IMG/VR virus record: IMGVR_UViG_3300048850_000151
Span: 1 to 40,895 of that record
DNA: 40,895 bases
DNA from: a virus
Lineage: Duplodnaviria > Caudoviricetes
Strand: one strand, 5' to 3'
Made by a program: the position numbers and the translations under genes. Shown here piece after piece: positions 35,979-40,895 of the stretch (position 1 is its first letter; every line of letters starts with the position of its first letter). Under the pieces are notes generated by a model. It worked only from the letters and a program-made list of their open reading frames with translations, was not told the origin of the DNA and did not search any database.

Positions 35979-37181
35979 ATGCTGACCAACGCGACCGTAA
36001 AGGCCGCGCGCCCGGACGCGCGCCCGTACAAGATGGCTGACGGGCAGGGTCTATTCCTGCACGTCGCCATCACGGGTACCAAGTCGTTCCGGCTGAAGTT
36101 CCGCCTCGCCGGCCGCGAGCAGCTGCTCACCTTCGGCACGTGGCCCGAGGTGTCGCTCGCCGAGGCGCGCGAGCGGCGCGACCTCGCGCGCGAGCAGCTC
36201 GCCCGCGGCGAGGATCCGCGCACGTCGACGTCGGCCGGCGCCGAGAAGCCGTCGACATTTGAGGCGGCCGGCCGCGCCTGGCACGCGCACCAGACGCCGC
36301 GCTGGACGCCGGTGCATGCCGGCGACGTGCTGGCGAGCCTGCAGCGTGACGTCTTCCCCGCGATCGGCGCGATACCGCTGGCGGCGATCACGCCGCCGGT
36401 GGTGCTGAACGCGCTGCGCGCTGTCGAATCGCGCGGGGCTCGCGAGACTGCCCGCCGCCTGCGCCAGCGCGTCTCGATGATCTTCGCCTTCGCGCAGTCC
36501 GAAGGCTGGTGCGAGCACGACCCGGCCGCGGTGATCGGCCGGGCCATGCAGGCGCCCGGGCAGAGGGGCCAGCAGCCGGCACTGCTCGAGCTGGGCGAGG
36601 TTCGCGCGCTGCTCGGCGCGGCCGAGCTCGTCGACGCCGCGCCAGCCGTGAAGCTGGCGTCGCGGTTCCTGGCGTTGACCGCGGTTCGCTTGGCGGCGGT
36701 GCGCGGCGCGCGCTGGGACGAGTTCGAGGACCTGGACGGGCCGGTCCCGCTGTGGCGCGTGCCGGCGGTGCGCATGAAGCTCGCGGCCGCGAAAAAGATC
36801 GACGCGCGGCATGACCACCTGGTGCCGCTCAGCCCGGCCGCGGTGGAGGTCCTCCGCGCTGCGCGCGCGCTACAGGGGGAGGGTGGCCTAGTTTTCCTCG
36901 GCCGCAGCGGATCTAGTCCACTCGGCGAGGCGGCAATCGGTTCGCTCTACGCGCGAACGGAGTTCGCCGGCCGCCACGTGCCGCACGGGTGGCGGGCAAG
37001 CTTCTCGACGATCCTAAACGAGACGTTCCCGGAAGATCGAGACGCGATCGACCGCGCACTGGCGCATGCGGCGAAGGACAAGGTCGAGGCGGCGTACAAC
37101 CGGGCCCAGCATCTGCAGCGTCGGCGCGTGCTGTTCGATGCCTGGGCCGATCTCCTCACCCGGGATGACGGGCGCCGCTGA
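35979..37181 (+). CDS. int: P4-family tyrosine integrase (integrase 2)
   Basis: Arm-binding domain MLTNATVKAARP..PYKMADGQGLFL; catalytic R (LTAVR), HGWR, LAH, AYNRA all present. Confidence 0.95.
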   Translation: MLTNATVKAARPDARPYKMADGQGLFLHVAITGTKSFRLKFRLAGREQLLTFGTWPEVSLAEARERRDLAREQLARGEDPRTSTSAGAEKPSTFEAAGRAWHAHQTPRWTPVHAGDVLASLQRDVFPAIGAIPLAAITPPVVLNALRAVESRGARETARRLRQRVSMIFAFAQSEGWCEHDPAAVIGRAMQAPGQRGQQPALLELGEVRALLGAAELVDAAPAVKLASRFLALTAVRLAAVRGARWDEFEDLDGPVPLWRVPAVRMKLAAAKKIDARHDHLVPLSPAAVEVLRAARALQGEGGLVFLGRSGSSPLGEAAIGSLYARTEFAGRHVPHGWRASFSTILNETFPEDRDAIDRALAHAAKDKVEAAYNRAQHLQRRRVLFDAWADLLTRDDGRR

Positions 37182-37189
37182 CGCGACGC

Positions 37190-37380
37190 CGGGGGAGGGT
37201 GGCACGGTTCGTGCTCCTCCCCCTCGCCAAGCCCGGGGCGGCGCAAGCCGCCGCGCTCCGACAGCCGGGTCTTGGCTGTCGGGTCGAAGGGTTGGGCCAT
37301 TTCGGCCTGGGGGAGCAGCAAGCTAGCATGGCCTAGCTCCAAGCTAGGCCATTCCTTTCAGGTATCTATCAGATACCCCC
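37190..37380. other. Cluster of inverted repeats between int2 and rep (candidate origin and/or terminators)
   Basis: CCGACAGCC/GGCTGTCGG 37258-37282; 11-bp perfect stem ATGGCCTAGCT/AGCTAGGCCAT 37328-37352; GGTATCT/AGATACC 37361-37377. Confidence 0.45.
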
Positions 37381-38226
37381 GGTTTCATCGCCGGTGGAGG
37401 ATTCGCCCTTCTGGCTCTCGCGCGCGTCGACGCCGGCAGCGACCCTCCGGAGGACTTCACCCAGCAGCGTGTCCCCGTTCCAGGTGAGCGTGTGCCGGTC
37501 TTGCGCAGTGAGCTTCTCGAGCATCGCCTCGAACTCGGCCCGCTCGCGCTTGCGGCGGTCCGCCTCGCATGCCGGCGCTGGCGCCTTGCGGAAGAGGCGA
37601 CCCAGCCAACCTTGCATCGCCTTCGGGCAGAGCAGGGCGTAGGCATTGCTCGCCTGCTCCACCTGCTGACCGCCGGGCTGCGGGTCTTCAACCGGCTTGC
37701 TCCGACGCATCCAGTGAATGAAGCCGTGCTGCCGAAGGCGCTTCAAGGCCTCGTGAACGGCAGAGTAGGCGCGGCCGATTGCATCCGCGATGGTACGGAT
37801 TGCGGGATCAAGGCGGCCCGTCGCATAGTCCACCGAGGAATAGAGGAACTCGAGGACCTCGATGCCGACTTCGCCCAGGTCGCCATTGCGCGTCCCGGGC
37901 TCGACCTTGCGCCGCTTGGCTCGAGTGCGGATTTCGAATTGCTTCGCTGCTTTGAGCAACGCAGCCGTCCAGCGTTTGCCACCGCGCATCGTGCCACCGT
38001 TGATCGGCTTCCAGACGCGATCTTCGACCTGGCCGACGGTGTAGCTGTTGCGCCAGACCGGCTGGCCGGAGCGGGGGCTGTCGCCGCGGTCGAAGCGAGC
38101 GCGGGCGTCACGGCTTGGCGAAATGCCCGCAAGTGACGCAGCGAAGGCTCCGACTGCGATCGCCCCTCCTGGAGTGGACGATGGGCGCGCAGCTGTAGCC
38201 CCGGAGGCTCGAACCACCGTCCTCAT
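37369..38226 (-). CDS. Plasmid-type winged-HTH replication initiator-like protein
   Basis: ATG at 38226; DYATGRLDPAIRTIADAIGRAYSAVHEALKRLRQHGFIHWMRR..QASNAY resembles alphaproteobacterial small-plasmid Rep proteins. Confidence 0.65.
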   Translation of the reverse strand: MRTVVRASGATAARPSSTPGGAIAVGAFAASLAGISPSRDARARFDRGDSPRSGQPVWRNSYTVGQVEDRVWKPINGGTMRGGKRWTAALLKAAKQFEIRTRAKRRKVEPGTRNGDLGEVGIEVLEFLYSSVDYATGRLDPAIRTIADAIGRAYSAVHEALKRLRQHGFIHWMRRSKPVEDPQPGGQQVEQASNAYALLCPKAMQGWLGRLFRKAPAPACEADRRKRERAEFEAMLEKLTAQDRHTLTWNGDTLLGEVLRRVAAGVDARESQKGESSTGDETGGI

Positions 38227-38248
38227 GCCAGCACCAACTGGCGAGCGT

Positions 38249-39493
38249 TTAGCGCCGCTTCCCCTCCAGGAAGGCGTCCACCGGCGGCAGGTCTTGGTAC
38301 AACAGATCCGCCCAGCGCTGCGCAATCTCGCGCCGGCGCGGCATGTACGCTGCGCGATTGTACGCGGATTCGACACCGGCCGGCACATGAGCCAGCATCA
38401 GGTCGATCACCGCGCGGTCGCCCGGTCGGTCCTCCCGCTCCGCCAGTTCGTTCATGACGGTCGAGAAGGTGGCGCGCCATCCATGCGGCACGTGCCGGCC
38501 CCGAAAGGCTGGAAGCCGGTTGTACATCGCCCCGATTGTCGCGTCGCTCATAGGACGGTGCGCGTGCCGAACGCTCGGGAACAGGTAGGGCCCCGGTTTG
38601 GTCAGCTGAACCGCCAACCGGAATAACTCCACCGCCTGCGAGGAAAGCGGGACGAGGAACTCGAAAGCCGGATCGTCCTTGCGGTCGAGCGACAACTTCA
38701 TCTTCGCCGCCGGAATACGCCAGATCGGTTCGGCACCATCGAGGCCCTCCAGTTCGCCCGGCTGGGCGAGCCGGATGATCCCGGGTCGGACGGCAGTGAG
38801 CGCGAGCAACCGCGACGCGATTTTCACCAGCGGCTGACCTGGCTCCGCTTCGCTCTTGCTCAGGAGAGCGCGCGCCTCCTCCATCGAGCGGAGTGCCGGC
38901 TGCCGGCCGCGACGTACCGGCTGAAGCGCCTGTTTCACGACGGCCGCAGGATCCTGCGTCGCGATCCCCGATGCGATCGCAAATACGAAGACAGCCGAGA
39001 TGCGCTGCCCGATCCGGTGCGCTGTCTCGATCGCGCCGCGCCGCTCGATCTCGCGCAGCACCTCCAGCACATCCGGCGCGGTGATGGTGTCGATCGGACG
39101 CTGGCCGAGTTTCGGAAAAGCGCCCCGCTTCAGGCTTTCGAGGACATCCTCCGCATGCCTCGGCGCCCACCGCACTTTCTGCAGTGCGTGCCAGTCCGTT
39201 GCCACTTTCTCGAACGTCGGAAGCAGGGAGGGGACCTGCCGCCTTACCGCTGCCGGATCCTGCCCCGAACGAAGCACCTTCGCGGCCTCGTCGCGCTGCT
39301 CCCGGGCTTCCGCAAGCTTCACGTCCGGATAGCTGCCAAAGACGAGGCGCTTCTCCTTGCCGTCGAAGCGGTACTTCCAGCGCCAGGACCGATGGCCCGT
39401 CGGCGAGACGTACAGATACAGCCCGCGCTGGTCGCCAAGCTTGTACGGCTTCTCCGCGCCCTTCGCCGATCGGCATTTCGCGTCGGTCAGCAA
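38249..39493 (-). CDS. int: P4-family tyrosine integrase (integrase 1, tRNA-proximal)
   Basis: TTG start (LTDAKCRSAKGAEKPYKLGDQRGLYL); LTAVRPG, HGWRATFST, LAH, AYNRA. Confidence 0.96.
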   Translation of the reverse strand: MLTDAKCRSAKGAEKPYKLGDQRGLYLYVSPTGHRSWRWKYRFDGKEKRLVFGSYPDVKLAEAREQRDEAAKVLRSGQDPAAVRRQVPSLLPTFEKVATDWHALQKVRWAPRHAEDVLESLKRGAFPKLGQRPIDTITAPDVLEVLREIERRGAIETAHRIGQRISAVFVFAIASGIATQDPAAVVKQALQPVRRGRQPALRSMEEARALLSKSEAEPGQPLVKIASRLLALTAVRPGIIRLAQPGELEGLDGAEPIWRIPAAKMKLSLDRKDDPAFEFLVPLSSQAVELFRLAVQLTKPGPYLFPSVRHAHRPMSDATIGAMYNRLPAFRGRHVPHGWRATFSTVMNELAEREDRPGDRAVIDLMLAHVPAGVESAYNRAAYMPRRREIAQRWADLLYQDLPPVDAFLEGKRR

Positions 39494-39496
39494 CCG

Positions 39497-39540
39497 GTGC
39501 CCCCATTTCCGCGGGGACATGCCCCAAATATGCCCCCAAA
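39497..39540 (-). repeat. Integrase arm-type direct repeats of the tRNA-proximal att
   Basis: Minus strand reads TTTGGGGGCATATTTGGGGCAT...GGGGGCAC, between the tRNA and int1. Confidence 0.7.
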
Positions 39541-39664
39541 GGTGCCGCGCTGGCGTGCAACAGCGTGCGACGATAGGCAACTGCCGACGGGCTCAAGAAT
39601 GGCGGATTTCTCAGCCGCTTCGGGGTTGCATGCACCAGCATGCGACAAGGTGCCCAAGGGGCGT

Positions 39665-39754
39665 TGGCGGAGAGAGTGGGATTCGAACCCACGGTGAGCG
39701 TGAACCCACGGCGGTTTTCAAGACCGCTGCCTTAAACCACTCGGCCATCTCTCC
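39665..39754 (-). tRNA. tRNA-Ser (anticodon TGA), prophage attachment site
   Basis: GGAGAGATGGCCGAGTGGTTTAAGGCAGCGGTCTTGAAAACCGC..GGTTCGAATCCCACTCTCTCCGCCA; 90 nt, long variable arm, encoded CCA. Confidence 0.98.
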
Positions 39755-39869
39755 GCACACAGCGCGCTTACGGCGGCTGGTCGGGTTTGTGCAAGGGCCT
39801 CGACGGTTAAGGGGTTTCGCGCGGCGTCTCGGCTGTGGCACAGAGCCGCTTCACGTGCGGGAGCCGAGT

Positions 39870-40895
39870 ATGCGTAAATGGGGCAAGGGGCTGCTCGCCC
39901 TTGCAGCGATGATGTCGATCAGCGGTTCGGCCGCGGCGCAGGATGAGGCGGGATTTCAGGCATACCTGCAAGGCGTGGCCGCCAAGGCGCGGTCTGAAGG
40001 GGTAAGTGAGCGCGCGATCGCCTCGGTTCTGAGCGGCCTGACCTATAATGCGCGGGTCGTGGAGCTCGATCGCGGGCAGCCTGGCGGTACCAGTCGCAGC
40101 AGCGTTCCGGCTTTCGCCCCCTACAAGGCTCAGCATGTCGACGCCGCGCGGATCGGCCGCGGCCGCGAGGCCTATCGCGCGCAGCGCCCCAAGCTGGTGC
40201 GGATCGAGCAGCAGACCGGCGTGCCCGAATCGATCATGGTCGCGATCTGGGGCCATGAAACCAATTACGGTGGCTACACCGGCAACTTCGATCTGCCGCG
40301 CTCGCTGGCGACTTTGGCCTATGAAGGCCGCCGACGTGCGTTGTTCGAGCCCGAGCTGATCGCCACCATGAAGATGGTCGATCGCGGAGTGCCGCGCGAC
40401 AGCCTCAAGGGAAGCTGGGCGGGCGCCACCGGCTACCCGCAGTTCCTGCCGTCGATCTATCTGCGCCTGGCGCGTGACGGCGATGGCGATGGCCGGGCGG
40501 ACATCTGGACCAGCGCCGCCGACGCGCTTGCGTCGATCGGCAATTATTTCGTGAATGCCGGCTGGCGGCCGGGCCAGCCCTGGGGTGTTGCGGTGAGCGT
40601 ACCTGCAAGCCTGGATCGCGGGACGCTGACCTCGCCAACGCGCTCGCCGCGCTGCCCGCGCGTCCATGAGCGGCATTCGCGCTGGCGGACCATGGCCGAG
40701 TGGCGGCGGCTGGGCGTCGCGCCACTTTCGGGGCGCTGGCCGGACGACAGCATCCAGGCGACGCTGCTGGAGCCGGACGGCCCGGGGAAGACGGCCTACC
40801 TGCTCACCGGCAACTACCGCGTGATCCTCGATTACAACTGCTCGAACTTCTACGCGCTGTCCGTGGGGCTGCTGGCCGATGAAGTCGCACGCTAG
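39870..40895 (+). CDS. Lytic murein transglycosylase (MltB/SLT_2 family), host gene
   Basis: Signal peptide; AIWGHETNYG, GSWAGATGYPQFLPS, DGDGDGRADIW, YNCSNFYALSV. Confidence 0.95.
   Translation: MRKWGKGLLALAAMMSISGSAAAQDEAGFQAYLQGVAAKARSEGVSERAIASVLSGLTYNARVVELDRGQPGGTSRSSVPAFAPYKAQHVDAARIGRGREAYRAQRPKLVRIEQQTGVPESIMVAIWGHETNYGGYTGNFDLPRSLATLAYEGRRRALFEPELIATMKMVDRGVPRDSLKGSWAGATGYPQFLPSIYLRLARDGDGDGRADIWTSAADALASIGNYFVNAGWRPGQPWGVAVSVPASLDRGTLTSPTRSPRCPRVHERHSRWRTMAEWRRLGVAPLSGRWPDDSIQATLLEPDGPGKTAYLLTGNYRVILDYNCSNFYALSVGLLADEVAR

Larger units (their letters stand above)
1..39664. mobile_element. Temperate prophage (HK97-type head, siphovirus tail, cos packaging) integrated at tRNA-Ser; left end outside window
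   Basis: Contiguous repressor/cro, terminase, portal, protease, capsid, tail, lysis and integrase genes ending next to the 3' end of a tRNA-Ser gene; a host-type gene resumes beyond the tRNA. Confidence 0.95.

Noticed and set aside
39601-39619. GGCGGA-tttctca-GCCGCT between the tRNA and int1
   Set aside because: More like the internal hairpin-like spacer element of att arms than an extra core; no arm pair 55 bp upstream in the matching orientation
39357-39869. N-terminal extension of the 512-aa ORF over the tRNA, and the extended starts of both integrases
   Set aside because: The extensions overlap tRNA/att DNA; family-consistent starts are 39870, 39493 and 35979

Overview
High-GC alphaproteobacterial (Sphingomonas-like, by gene content) chromosome segment. 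About 39.7 kb of it is the right part of a temperate siphovirus-type prophage inserted at the 3' end of a tRNA-Ser(TGA) gene (39665-39754, minus strand). A host lytic murein transglycosylase gene follows, and the left prophage end lies outside the window. Order of modules: (1) early-left operon with GapR/DUF2312, HTH and CII-like genes; (2) Ner/Cro-like and CI-like switch; (3) an accessory block from about 2.6 to 11.2 kb (HEPN/Toprim protein, YozE with an SOS box, thermonuclease, DUF6894, coiled-coil membrane protein, FRG protein, diguanylate cyclase, small ORFs); (4) LexA-like and late-activator-like regulators, Mu-Gam, HNH, cos, terminase; (5) HK97-type head and long non-contractile tail, with the tape measure gene broken by a 1-nt frameshift; (6) a 1970-aa repetitive tail fibre and lysis cassette; (7) two convergent P4-family integrases flanking a plasmid-type HTH Rep. 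The most striking signal is a family of at least 7 same-orientation att-like sites: an arm pair GGGGTATC..GGGGTATC, a gap of about 53-56 bp, then the core GGCGGA-N7-TCCGCC. Six of them divide the accessory block into one-gene intervals and the seventh sits immediately upstream of the second integrase. This is a candidate integron-like gene-capture/cassette array driven by a P4-type integrase inside a prophage. All family assignments come from motif recognition by eye; no searches were run.
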